A stretch of DNA of 64,000 nt, from positions 2,232,001 to 2,296,000 of the forward strand of contig CM102288.1 in the NCBI GenBank assembly GCA_046563655.1, given 5' to 3'. This stretch comes from Yuukianura sp. NJ FZ-2021. Lineage: Eukaryota. Numbering within the stretch: position 1 is the stretch's first letter; every line of letters begins with the position of its first letter. The position numbers and the translations under genes are program-made. Shown here one piece after another: positions 11,380-24,783 of the stretch. The notes below the pieces were generated by a model, which did no database searches, was not told the DNA's origin, and worked only from the letters and a program-made list of their open reading frames with translations.

Positions 11380-12242
11380 TTAGAGAATGAGATTCCAATC
11401 GACAAGATCCAATTCAAAGACGCGTTCTCCATCCCAATCCAGTGTCCATTCTTGACAGATTTCAAATTCCGTGGGAACAAGGGCATCAGTTGCAGCGATT
11501 AGTGGCTCAGCAGCGATTAAGGATCCGACAGTAGTTGGAGTCGATCCCATTTCAACTACGCCCAAACACTGCTGTCCATCAGGAGAAATCGTTTCTTCGC
11601 GCTCGACGCGCGGTTTTTTGACGCGCCGTTTCCTCAATCGGTAGAATTTCTCACCTTTTCGTAACTTATCTTCACAGACTGGATCCAATTTCCAAAAACC
11701 GCCTTTGCCTAGAAACAATTGAGGTCAAAACGTTAGTGTTAAGTTGAAATTCTTGTTGTTAGGTTTGACCTCTGACCTCTCCCGCCTCGGGCGACTCGCA
11801 TAAAACATTTGTTGAGACTTAAATTGTGTCGAATGGAGTTCATCCAAGCCAAAGCCTCTTTGCCAGATCTAGTGTCGTAAAAAGTAAAAGTGTTGCGAAT
11901 CCATTTGTAGATTCCTGAAAGTGGTAGTGGGCCTGGAGATGAATGCAGCGCCAGCAGAATCAGCGTTGCGTAACTCAGAGGTGGACGAACGGTAGGATTT
12001 GCCCTAACAATTTTCGTAATTTTGAAACGTCAAGATTTTAACAATTTTTGATAATTTCGATGCTATTTTGGACAATTTTTTGAAAATTTTCAAGTTTACC
12101 TGCTCTTTTCGAGAACTGCTTGTGCTTTGTTGAGGATGTAATCAAGCGTTTTCTTGCCCGAACGCTGCGGAGGTTGAAGATCACGAGAGACGTCGTGATT
12201 AATCAACCAATTGAGAGGGAGGAGGTCGTCTTCTTGGGTCAT
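11380..12242 (-). CDS. FoxJ1: Forkhead transcription factor, FoxJ1-like (232 aa)
   Basis: Exons 12242-12100, 12003-11777 and 11708-11380 join in frame: DDLLPLNWL (cf. FoxJ N-terminal L-x-W-L motif)...NPTVRPPLSYATLI...LSGIYKWI...WMNSIRHNLSLNKCF...GKGGFWKLDP. SYATLI, IYKWI and GKGGFW are FoxJ1-type. Largely missed by the ORF track. Confidence 0.85.
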
Positions 12243-13222
12243 CGTGTACTAGGGAAGGAAGAGAGGTCAGGAGAGGTCAAGTGAAGGAACTAAGTGACTA
12301 ATAGGAAGAAATGGAGGAGAGAGGACACGGTGGACCAGAAGTTTGACAGAAAGAAGAGGCCTTTGACTCCTGGTGGTGGTGCTGCAGGATTAGAATAAAA
12401 ATCGGATTCGGTGGAATTCGGTGCGGGTAGTTTTCCACCTGCCCGGAAGTATGTGGAGAGGCAGGTGAAATTTCTATTGTATTCTAAAAAATCAATTTCA
12501 AAGTGTCCATGCGTTCTAAATCCATTTGGAAATGACAAAGGAAAGCCTCTTTCCCCTCTCCTTCTGCAAGATCTAAAAAACCGATATTCGGATTTTCAGA
12601 GAGAACAAAGGAATAGTGTGACTCAACATCACACTGAATCACAGGGGGCAGAACGTAATTGCATGTCTAGTTATTTAGTTAATTATCAAAATTCAATCAA
12701 AATTTAAAAATTTTGACACCAACTCGTTTCGTCTTGAAACCAGACAATTCAAAACCCAAACTACGAATAACACTACACTTCGGTAAATCCACTCGATATT
12801 TAAATTCCGGCGTGAAGACTATGCAGTTTATAAAATAAAATTATGAAAAATACAATCTAAGGTCAACCGTTTGAAAAGTTTTGTAAAAGATTTTTAGCCA
12901 ATTTGAGAAAACTGAGTTTTTCAAAATGTTCAAAAAAATTTGTGGAATTTTATTTTTCGTGACGATAAGAGAGTGACGCTTTCAAAACGGAGGCGGGGCA
13001 AAATAACGGGATTTTCAAACAGGCGCGAGTTTTGAAAGGAAAAATTTGAGGAATTTACGAAGATAAAAGAACTGTTTTTTTCTCTTCCTTTCGTCATTTG
13101 TTTTTGTTGATCGTGATCAGCAGTTGATCATTGATTTATTCTTATTGGCTAGTTAATTGTAATTAAGTTTGCTCTAATTAGCTAATTAATTAACTGTTGC
13201 TTGAAACTATAAAGAAGCAACA

Positions 13223-14504
13223 ATGGGGAAAGGTTTCAACAACTACATGTGTAAGAAGTTCTTCCATCCAGCATCCAGGGACAACTTGAAACGGGTATGG
13301 ATGGCTGAACAGAAATCGGAAGCAAATAAGAAAAAGCAGGAAGAACTACGATTACAATATGAAAAGGAACAGGATCTTTATAATAACAAGTAAGTCATCG
13401 CAATCTTCCAGATAAATTGAATACCAAATCGATTTTGACTATAGTGATTCTTTTTTTGCAGGTCCATGCTGAGTAAAGAAAGCAAAGAAAAACTTAGCGT
13501 AAACTTCATGTACGAACCACCACCAGGTATGAAAAGAGAACGTGAGAGGGAAAGCGGCGAGAGTGAGGTCAAGTTCGAATGGCAACGGAAATTTAACGCT
13601 CCCAGAGAAGAGTAAGTTTAATTACTCAAGCTTTGAAGATTTCCTCAGAAAATAAGGCTAATTTGAATGATTCGGTTGTTTTTTCAGCTATTGCAAAGGA
13701 AACGAAGAGGTCAGAGATCAGCCGTTTGGAATTCAAGTAAGAAATGTGCGCTGTATCAAGTGTCATAAGTGGGGACACATCAACACTGATCGCGAATGCC
13801 CGCTCCATGGACAAGCTCCAGAGTTGAATGGAGTTGAAATGGATCCCCTGCTGCTCATGCACAAAATGAGGGAAGAAGGTCTTGCGCTCAAACAAAGTGT
13901 TTTGGGTGTACGTCAAAATGAGCCAGCAGCGAATCAGGTAATCATAGTTTTCATTGTATTTGATAGAGTAACAAATGTGTATCAATCTACTTACAATTTT
14001 TAAAAATCGTAGGAACTGGTCGATGGTGGGAGTGAAGATGAAGAGGAGCCTCCTGCTAAGAAGGGCAAGGACGACTCAGAGCTTGATTTTTTGAAAACCC
14101 TAAGCGCCGATCAGAAATTGAAGCTTCTCAAGTAAACATTCAATTAAGAAAAATATCCATTTAGGTTAATATTGATTTCTGGTTGAACTGTAATTCTAAT
14201 TTGTAGAAAACTGGAGAAACTTGAAAAGAAGTCAAAGAAATCCAAGAAGAAGCAAAAGGACAAAGAGAGTAGCAGTAAACGCAAGGCACATTCCAGCAGC
14301 AACAGCAAAAGTAATCGAGAACGAAGTCGTTCCAGGGATCGTAGCCGTGAACGTGATCGGCGTTCCAAAGTTGATCGTAGGGATCGCGATCGTGATTCCA
14401 GTGAAGATGACAGGAGAGAACGACGACAACGACGACGTGACAGAAGTCGAAGTCGTTCAGGAAGTGAAGATCGCCAGCGCCATCGTGGACGCGATCGAAA
14501 TTAA
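13223..14504 (+). CDS. CIR1: Corepressor interacting with RBPJ 1 (CIR1), 5 exons
   Basis: [31 protein letters not shown] (Cir_N); [58 protein letters not shown]-rich tail. AATAAA at ~14675. Confidence 0.93.
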
Positions 14505-15029
14505 CTAAAATCGATGTTAAATCGATCCAGACCGCCGCAATTTTAAAAACTCATGAAGTCTATACCAAATGTGTCGCTGTTTTTAACTCCGCAGGTCGAA
14601 CTTTAAGATAGATCCTAAAAATATTGTTTATTGTAACATACTTTGATTATTTGTGGAACATTTAATTAATTAGAAATAAATCTTTTTTTAGTGACGTTAT
14701 TTGAGATTTGCTAGAAGCGCTTTACGTCAGCTTTTGCGCACTTCCGTTGTTGCCCATCTCTTCTTGGGTTTTCCTCATTTCTTTAGGCTGATTTTGCAAC
14801 AACCCTTTGTTTACAAACGAAGTGAGATAAAGACATCATCTGGGGAGTTCAAGAAACAATTACTAATTGAATTAATAATTACACGATCCTACTACCTCCT
14901 ACGACATTTTTAAACGATCATACTATAAACCACTACTCACTGAAATCGACGACTTGGCGACGTAAGCAGTATCGAATAGAGGATTGGTGAGTGAATTTTT
15001 TTTATCTATTCCTTTTGTGTGTCAAGGTC

Positions 15030-18000
15030 ATGGGGTTTGAGCCTTCTCCACCTCAGTTATTCAAATTGGCTTCGGAGTACTGCATCAATCATTTGGAGAC
15101 GATCAGCAGTAGTGATGGAAGACTGAAACCGGGAATTAAACTTCCAGCGGAGATATGCCAAACGTTGTTTGATGCTACTGATAAAGAATCGGAAGAGTTT
15201 GAAGCCAAATATGTTCCACTTTTTGAGGTTAGTACACATCAGTTTATAGCGTTTCAAAAGTGATAAACTGTTTCAGCACTAACGATTGATTGTTGATCAC
15301 AGGACACAAAAGCAACCCGCCTCAGACACATTAAGCTAAGGGGCTCGAAGATTACATCAGCTGGACTTTTGAAACTTCTTCGTCACAGACCTTATACCCT
15401 CAATATTCATCAGTGGTAGGTTCAATTCAAGTTAAAATGGATTATTCAAGAGAAGAGAGACAATAATAGAGTAATGTCTGCTTATTTATAGTGGACGGTT
15501 GACTTCCGACTGTCTCCAGTACATCAACAAGTATTCCACGAATCTAACTACGTTACACATCGGTACTACTACGCAGATATTTCCAGCCACTTCAGCGCTA
15601 TCCCTGGATGGAACAATCACCCCATTGGGATTGGAACTCATCTCGACCGGAGGGGTCATCCAAGCTCAAAATCTCCAGCAATTCAGCCTTCACATGTACA
15701 CTGCAGAGGCAGAGATATGGAACAGTCTCCTTGTGTCGTGGCCCATTTTAACACATTTGGACCTGTCGGGCTGCGATGGACTGGGTGACCTCTCTTGTCT
15801 CAAGCCTGCTGTCAATCTTGTTTGGCTTTGCCTTTACAACGTCGCGATTGGTCCTGAAGGATGGGAAGTCATGTACACCCTGACGAAACTCAGGTACGGA
15901 AACCTGTTTTGACAATTAACTCAAATGTTGTAATCATTTTTTTTTCAGGCACTTGGATGTTTCCACTTCTACGGAAATATCCTCAATTTATAGCAAGTCC
16001 AGCGAAATTTTAGCCAATCTGATCAACTCAATGCCCCACTTGACCTCACTGGACATTAGTGGTACTAATTTGGCGGGTCGTGGAGTTGCAACTTCTACGA
16101 TCGTCGATTGTGATATTCCTGGACTTGAGTCAAGAGTAAGTCGGCCACTGGAATTTCTTGGACTTTACGGCGCCCATCATGAGTAAGTTTTTGTTTCTTC
16201 ATCTTCAGTACAATTTTCTAAAGGAAAAATTTAAACTTAAACTTTAAACTTTGTTCTTCTTCATAGAGCTAGTCACCGCCATTCAATTCCTGCTAAGAGA
16301 GTCACAGGAGACAAAAATGAAGAGCAGATTCTGGCTGCTTGTCAAGCATACCTTGACCGTCCCGAATTACTCGAGAAAATTCTGAACGATCTTTTCCACC
16401 TCCACAGAGCCGATGAAGGAACACAAAGCGAGTCCAGCTTTCGGTTGATCCTTGAAGCTATGAATCGACATCTGGGAGAAAAACTTGTGCAAATCAGTGG
16501 TAAGTCATAAAACGAATATGCCGAAAACATTTTTGACATTTAGCACCTTTCATCTTCTGGAAGATTACTAATTAGCTTCCATTTCTTTAAGGTTCTGCAA
16601 GCTTATTCTACATTATTCGAAACGGTGATAAAAGCAAAATCAGCAGCGTCCTGCGGAAAGAGATTTTGAGCACTTTGATCAAGAGTATGGAAATTCATAT
16701 TCAAGATTCTACGATGATGAGAAACGCTTGCCTCACAATTTGCCTCTTCAGTGTACCCCAAGATGTGGTAAGCTTTGTGTTACTTTTTCGGTTGAACTTA
16801 ATCTACTTAATTTGTTGTATTTAGCTGTTTGCTTATCGGACGTTGGTCTCAATTCTTCTTCAAATCTTGTCTGGTGAAAGTCAAGATGAATTTGTTGAGC
16901 GCATTTCAATCTACCTCCTCAATTCCCTTGCATGGTAAGGTAGATTAGTGATACTTATATACCTTCAACTTCAACGGACCATATCCAGGTCATTCTACTA
17001 TTTTTAAACTTGCAGTCAAGTCGATGGAAGTGAAAAAGTTTTAGTGGGGGAGTTGGGTGCCATCGAGGTAAGTTGATTGATTTAAGTTAATACAGTCAAT
17101 TAATTAAATAGTTATTCAATGATTAATTAGCGGAAGAGTTAGCAGGGTTTCATCAATTTGATATAATTATAAATAATGTTATAATAATTTCCTTTTTCGT
17201 TTAAGAAAATGTTGCGTCTTATTACGTCTCGATTGGCTCGTCGTGAATGTGATGATGTAATGGAAATTGCTTGGTCAACTATGTGGAATGTTACGGATGA
17301 AACTGAGGAAAATTGTAGACGATTTCTCGATGGACGTGGCATGGCCCTCTTTCTCGATTGTCTCAGAGCGTTTCCTGAAAAGGCAGAATTACTTCGTAAC
17401 ATGATGGGTAAATTAATGAAAAATTCAAAAACGTACTTACTAAATTAATTGTTGTTGTGTATTTTTCTAGGTCTTTTGGGAAATGTGGCTGAGTGTGGCA
17501 ATCTGCGTCCACAACTAATGAATTTGGATTTCATTCAAGTATTTACTACGCTTTTGAGCTCAACTCAAGACAACATTGAGGTCTGGCCAAGAAATCTGAA
17601 ATAATGAATTTTTCATGGAGCGGTCCAAGAAGAAGCACAAATGAATTTCTTTTTTTTCTCAAGGTTTCATACAATGCTGCTGGAGTTTTGAGCCACATTT
17701 TGTCTGATGGAGACAGTTCGTGGAAGGTTGACTTGCGTCGAAGTGAAGTCGTGAAGAAGCTGGAAAAGGCGATTCTTCGCTGGGATATCAACTGCACCAG
17801 AAACATTAACTACCGCAGTTTCCAGCCTATTCTGCGACTCCTCACAGTTGACATTCAAGTGTGCCAACTTTGGGCGTCTTGGGCTTTGGCCAATCTCACC
17901 ACAGTTTACCGTAAGCAGTAACTCAGTTGAGCGCTTCAATTTTAAAAAAAAACGTATGTATTTTTTTGAATTTCAGCCAAGAAGTATTGTGAATTATTGA

Positions 18001-18164
18001 TGAGTGAAAAGGGACTGGAACTGCTTCAGCCTCTGCTGAACTCCACTTCTCCGCATGTCGAGAAGTACGCTTCAATTGCTTTTGAAAATGTGAAACTGGG
18101 AGTAGCCATTTCCAGTTCCTCTGTTGCTTGTGGAACAAACGATGAAGATAGCACTAGTTACTAG
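15030..18164 (+). CDS. ZER1: Protein zer-1 / zyg-11 family Cul2-ElonginBC substrate receptor (LRR + ARM), 12 coding exons
   Basis: N-terminal PPQLFKLA (BC-box-like) and LPAEICQTL; LRRs LTHLDLSGC and LTSLDISGTNL; VQISGSASLFYI; MEIAWSTMWNVTDETEENC; ELLRNMMGLLGNVAEC; IEVSYNAAGVLSHI; RNINYRSFQPI; WASWALANLTTVYPKKYC. Confidence 0.9.
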
Positions 18165-18608
18165 AAACTCCAAATCAATCGCGTAACATTTTTGTCTCTT
18201 TTCGAAAATCTTCGTTTGATTCAATTTGAATTGAAACAATCCCCCAACTTCTAAAAGTTTTAAATAACATTGACAATGAATTTAAAATGGAGGAATTTTA
18301 AAATGGAAATCCTTAAAAATTTTAATGAATTTAAGTATACTCTGAACTCCTTGAGAGTTTTAATTAATTTCGATAATACGTGCGTAGAATTCGCAATAAA
18401 TTTTACTTCTGACAAGTGAAGCTTATTGTGTTCATTTCAAAGTTTTAATTTGAATTTCTGGTAAGTTGTCATGAGGAGGAGGATTTTGATTGTTCTCAAT
18501 CAGGAGTCAAAGTACTTCGGTAAACTATTGGTACGTTCAACTCACAAATCCAAAAATTATCTGGAGTGTCGGAGAATTTTTAACTATTACTGTGGTTTTC
18601 AGCAGGAA

Positions 18609-20497
18609 ATGGATCATCGTCAACTTTTTAGTAACGTGGACTTGTCTTCTGGACAAGGCGACCATGGAACTTCTGAGGTCAAAGGTTACTCTCCGACAGC
18701 TTCGTCGTCGCTTCTCACCAGAAGTATTTTGCATAGTTCCATGGAGGATATCCATCATCAAAAGAGCTATGGAAGTCAGCAGGTCAAGAAGTCATCAGCA
18801 GCATCTTCTTCTACTCCAGCATCGTCAGCGTCATCCGATCACTTCCGATCGTCGGATCAGGAACTTATGACTCCATCCAAGGTCAAGCCTAAGATTTCTT
18901 TGACCAAGCGTGCGACTGTTAACAGAGGAGTGGGGACTGAAGCTGAAAATGGAGCGCTGTACAAGTACATTCAAGAGGAAAAACGAGCAGTACTTCTGCG
19001 CAAGGTCATTACGACGTTTCTGTGCGGTGGACTGAGGAAGACTTCGCAGAAACTGAACGAAGCCGAAGAGCAGCGGAAGTTGAAAGAAGTAGAATGTGCT
19101 GCCCGAATGATCATGAACACTTTGTTGCTCAATTCGTGGCGACAGGATAAGCAACAACTTACAAAACTTCTGCATGAAAATGCTCAACTAACAATTTCCG
19201 TAATTATCAAAATTTTAGTTTTCAAAAAAAATCTGAAATTAATGTTGGCTTTGTATTTATTGCAGGTTGAAAATTTGACTCTGCAACTTCGAGTTCTTCG
19301 ACATTTACAAGGTCAGGAAAAGGATCGAGCCAATGAGAAAGTCACCGAAATTCGGAATTTGAAAACACAAGTGGCTAATGCTCAAAAGTCGCTCAAAAAT
19401 TCTGAAAACGTGAGTTGCAATTCAAAATCCAAAAATTTAGTTTAAATGCTCTGATCTTCCTCTATCTTCCAGGATTTAGCAAGTATTCAAGAAGAGTTAC
19501 GCTACTGCCGTGAAGACAATCAGAAACTGACTGAGCAGAAGACATTTTTGCATAAGGAGCTGGAAGAGCTGATTGCCGAAAAAAGTCGAATGGTGGAAAC
19601 CGTTGAAACGGAACGAAGACGAGCCAGTCGAACGGAAGAAGAATGCCGAATAACTAAAGCTGAGGTACACTGATTCAGTTGTTAAAAGTACAGATTGAAA
19701 GCGAAGTTTGAGAACAAAATTCAATATTTTTAAACTTTTTAATTTGCAGTACACTGATTTACGAAAACAAGTCAAAGACTTTAGCGCGCAGAGCTTCCAG
19801 TGGAGAGAACGCAGCCGGACACTGGAAACCCAAGGGATTCAAATTCAAGAAAATCTTGACCTTAGAGAAACATCGCTTCGTCTCTTGGAATCTAATTTCA
19901 AATTGCTTTTGAGTGAACGAGAACAACTGGAACTGTAAGCTTGAGTTACATTTTTCGAAATTTTGTAAAAATCAAAATTTTTATTTCGTATTTCAGGAAC
20001 AAGAAATCGCTTGAAGACGCCTGCAGTGATATGCAAAAACTCTTGAACGCGGAAATATCAAAAAGTGAATCGCTGAAACGACAATACGAAACTACAATGG
20101 CAGCTACCGAATCTCAAGAGGAAAAGTTAGCAGCGCTTGAGGAATCACTGCTCATTTTACGGTAAATAATTGATCGTTGTTGACCTTTCATTTAAAAATT
20201 TGTTTTTTTCAGAATGAATGTTCATATTTTTTCTGATGTTTTTTTAGCAATGAAAATCAGAAGACAATGAAAGAACTCTACTGGCACAAACTTCGCAATG
20301 TTCGTAGTCGTCGAGGTGCAAATGTTTACTTTACAATAGTTTCTGTTAGAGTTTTTGACAGAACGCTGACAAAGTTTGATTTTTACATTTTAGCATGGGT
20401 CAATGCAGTAGAAAGTCTTAGCAGTCCTACGAAGTTGATCAAGTATTTGCTATTTGGTGGAGAAACGTCGAACGAAGCTCAAGAGGTAGAAGAATGA
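18609..20497 (+). CDS. Uncharacterised coiled-coil protein, ~7 exons
   Basis: Ser-rich N-terminus followed by long E/K/Q/L heptad-rich segments. The GT-AG introns at 19200, 19410, 19665, 19936, 20162 and ~20316 keep frame to ...NEAQEVEE*. Confidence 0.7.
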
Positions 20498-20687
20498 ACA
20501 GAACAAATCTTTAGACAAGTGATCTGGGAGTATTGGAGTAAACCAATTTCAATTCAAGTGTTAACTTTAACTTTCAAAAACCAATTAACCAATCTATCCG
20601 CATTTCATAAAAACGCTTGTACTTCTTCATAAGAATTCTGCTACATCTCGAATTTTCAAAAATTCTCTCTTTCGACCATTTTCAACG

Positions 20688-23156
20688 CTAACTGGATGTC
20701 CTAATCGCTGTTTTCAAACTGTCTTGTTCCACATCTTCAACAGTTTCTGGTAATCTCTTATTCTTTGTTTCTGGAAGCAGAAGTGCCACAAATCCGGCTA
20801 TAAGCGACAGTGTTCCAAACAAAGTCGACGGAATAGTCTTGTTTTCACTTCCCTGTGAAAATGAATTCAGTTTTTTAAACTTTCCCGCAAGTTTGTGATG
20901 TTTGAATTCAAAATTTTGTGGAAAGCATTTCAGAATGTCGTACCAAAATGTCAACAATGTAGGGAGCCGAAGCAGATCCGATTCTGCCCGCCATCGAAGC
21001 AGATCCGACACCAAACGTTCTGAGTAAGGTCGGTATCAACTCCGTCGCATACAGGTAAATCAATCTGTTAATTAAAAATTAACTAATTAGTTATGATTTA
21101 TGCAGTATTTAACTAATTGATGCTTTTTACTTACGAGTAGGCTGCTCCAATCATCAACTTTCCAAACAGCGCTAGGCAAACGATCATTGGCGTTCCTTGG
21201 CCAAACAGCAGCGATCCCAGAAGACTTGAACCGCAGAGCAGCAGGAACGCTGAAAATATTTTCTTCCTTCCGAAGTATTTGATCAACGGAGGCACCATGA
21301 GATAGGACGGTATTTCCAGAACTCCGCTTAGAAAAGTGTACCTGCAAGAATTTGACCTTTGACCTTGACCTTCTGGATCATTTCGTTAGAAAAATCAAAG
21401 TTAATGTACTTACACATAGAGATTTGCTGATAAGTTTGGAGAATTCAAGGCTACGCCATAATATATCATTGAGCAGGAGAACCAACAGACGTAGAGCACT
21501 AGCGTCCTTGTTCTAAGTTTTGTTGTTCGAAACAACTGCGCATGGCCCTTAAGGGTCACCTTCAGCTTTTCTGTCCAAGATTCCTTGGGCTTAGGTTCTT
21601 CTTTTTCCTAGAAAAGAATTTCCATTTTAGAAATTTTGAAAGGATTTTTCAAAAATACTAATTTTTAATTTGTTTTACAATTCCAGAAACGTTTTGGACC
21701 AACTGAGAGAAGTTCGAAGGAAGACTATTGGCTCTACCGTTGACTTGAGCAACATTTCGAAGTATCGCTTCAGCTTCAGCGATTCTTCCTTTCCTTATGA
21801 ACCACCGTGGACTTTCTGAAGCGATGAAACAAGTTAGAATCTGCAACAGCGCTGGGACGGCTACCACTAGCTGCAGAGTTCTCCAGTCACGGAAGAAGTA
21901 GGCGAACACAGGTAAGGCCATGTACCCTTTAGTAACAAAAATCTTAGAGCCGTGGCGGCAGTACTTTTGTTAAAAACTTGCAAATATTTGACACCGCTGT
22001 TTTTGAGGAGTTTACCAAAAGCAAATGGAAGACAAAACAGGTTTCCAACCAGACCTCTCCAGGAAGTTCCAACGCTCTCAACAGCTGAAAAAATGGAAGT
22101 TTGCCAATCAGAAATTCTTTGAAGCTTCGGTGATCGCTGCAAGCGCTGGGGAGCTGCAAAGTGCTTGTTTCACCTAAAACAAATGAAGTGCCATACATTC
22201 CAGGCGAAGATGCTCCAAGAATGAATCTGCCGATCATCAAAGTGGTTAGCGTTGGTGCAACGGCAACGAATGGTCCAGCGAAGATGAAGATCGTACTGGC
22301 AATTGCAATCGTCTTCCTTCTTCCGATTCTGTCCGATAGTGATCCAAATATTGGACTGCCAAAGAGAATTCCCAACATGTAAATCGACTGAACTGTTGAA
22401 GCGACTGCTTGCGAACCACAGACGAGGTCAAACTATAAACAAAAACAAACTTCAAAATTGCCAACATTGAAAGTACACATTCGGATTGAATTGTTTTGAT
22501 TTTTAGTTCAACTCACTTCCGTTACAATTGTGGACTGGAAAGTACCGTTATCGAATTCCATGGCAGAGCAAGCGACTTTGTGACCTTGGTCGATTGGTGG
22601 CAACGTTTCATTGGTCCAAGGCACTCCATTGTTATCCCACGGAAGATAGTACTGCGAACATTTTTCGTAAGCACCGGACGAATCCCTTAGCATAAAAACA
22701 ATGTTGAGTAATCTACAGTTAATTCTTTTTAATCTTTCCAGATAGACAGTAATGACTGAAAATTACACTGGAATCAACAGAGCCTTGACCTCTTCAGAAG
22801 TTAAACCTTGAACTGGCGGAAGCCGACACCAATGATCCGGAACAGCTCCAATGAAAGCGTAAACCAAATTGCTAAGAGCCGTTAAAAATCCACAAAATGA
22901 TACTGCCACGACGAGCTGTTAAGGTCAAAGGTCAAATTTGCGTTTTAGTTGAGCTTTGACTTGTATTCATTATTTTCCTTACCCGCAATTGCCACCTACC
23001 GGCATGTCCGCAAATTTTTAGCAAATCTTCAAACGTTTCGGCTGTACCGACCTCGGCTTTTTCGCCATTTTCAGCGTTGGAGTCCTCAGACGAACTAACG
23101 CTCTCTTCTGACGCTGTATCAGACGGCAAAGAGGGATGCACATCTTCTGCTTCCAT
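20688..23156 (-). CDS. SLC22 family organic cation transporter (MFS, Orct-like)
   Basis: FEDLLKICGHAGRWQ; VPDHWCRLP; FQSTIVTE; GSLSDRIGRRK; FRDWRTLQL; ESPRW; IYYGVAL; SGVLEIPSY; YLYATELIPT; LLPETKNKRLPETVED. Confidence 0.92.
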
Positions 23157-23373
23157 GTTCGTCTTATTGCGTCAACTTGTAGCTAGGGTATTTTGACCTT
23201 TGACCTCTGAATCCCCTTTCACACAGAGATAGCTGGCGTCCGGAATTTCCTGAGCAAGAACCTAATGCTCCTCTCTCTTACGACTCCAGACACTTACTAT
23301 GCGTTCCAGATACTACTGTGGTTTGGCCAACTATAAAAGCAAATTGGGTTTCATTAAGAGTGTTATAAGTGAA

Positions 23374-23413
23374 CTAGAATCTTCGGTGGCCTACGGCCAC
23401 CGAAAGATTCTAG
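23374..23413. repeat. Isolated 40-bp GC-cored hairpin
   Basis: CTAGAATCTTCGGTGGCC-TAC-GGCCACCGAAAGATTCTAG: 18-bp stem with one bulged base. Confidence 0.8.
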
Positions 23414-24783
23414 ACTGTAGCGTACGTACCAGTTTGACTGACTAATCGCACAAAAAAACGATTACACAATAGTTAAATTTAGAAAAACACGGGCCAAAAA
23501 CAAATGTTGGGTGCAATTATCCAATATTTAGTTTATTTCAACCGTTGTTTGTACAAAATTGTCATGCGCGCAGCGGAGGGTAGATTCGCTATTGGGAGAG
23601 TAAATGAGGAGAGTGGATAAGAAGACCACTACTATGACATATAGCTTGTTTTCCTCGTGTGCTTGAGTGAGAGTTAACTGTTTATGTTTTGCTCCTGTTC
23701 ACACAAAGTGAATAAGAGAGCCAGGAGTTAACTCTCATTTCACTCACACACAGAGGACAGGAGGACTGTGTTAGAGATGCTGTAATATGTAGTAGATTAT
23801 CTCCGCATTTGTGATTACTTTGACTAGACAAACTATATTATTATGTTGTCCACTTACTATGTCAAGGGAATTGTGATCAGGAGGATTCACATTTATGAAG
23901 ATGCAATTTTTTTGTGTCCAAAATCTGGATTCTTTTAGAATACTAAAAGATCAGTACAATGCAATGGTGATCAATTTGCTAAACTTTAACTTTAACGAAT
24001 AGTTATAAAAACCTGTTTAAAATTGGAATTGGACTGAAAAGAATAGAAATGACATGAACGTTGACATCCATTAATTAATAATAGTAGACGCCGTGCCTTC
24101 ACAATTAACGGCGTCAAGTGACAAGTTAAGTGGTTTTCTCACGAAGTCGTGACTTGACCTTTTGACCACGATTATAAATCGTATTTTTTTAAACAAAATT
24201 GCAAATGCTGGATTTTTTTTTCGGTCTAATGAATTTTTAAAATTAATTATAGCCCATACTGGTCCATAACTTTTTTCACATTTTGAAAACCTTTTCGCTT
24301 TTTTTTGGGGGGTTTATGAATTTTGAAATTTCGATTTCCAATGATTTCCCTTGACATTTTTGTGTTTGGTTGATAAATTGATTTGACAAAATAATTAACA
24401 ACGTCATCATCACCATGAATTGCCACTTTTACTCTGTGTTTTCCACATTACAAAAAAAAAAGTGAAGAGGCTGCTATGCTGAGCTCTCCTTTCCTTGCTA
24501 CAATTTCTGTGTTCGTCAGCTGTTATTACTATCGTTGTAGTCAGTCTTATCATTTTAATTAATCAGTTAACTAAATTAATCCAAAATTAAACATCCATTT
24601 ACCTGTAAAACAGGAAGAGCATACCTGCTGTGAGTATTTTAATTTTCGTAAGTTATACGACTTCAGAACGATTTATATTTTGAAATGATTCATTTTAGGT
24701 GTTAGATTTCACAATTTACAAGGAGTTGTGTAATCGTTTTTGGTAGTAAATTGATGGATCTTTGTGTTACAGGATCGGCAAAG

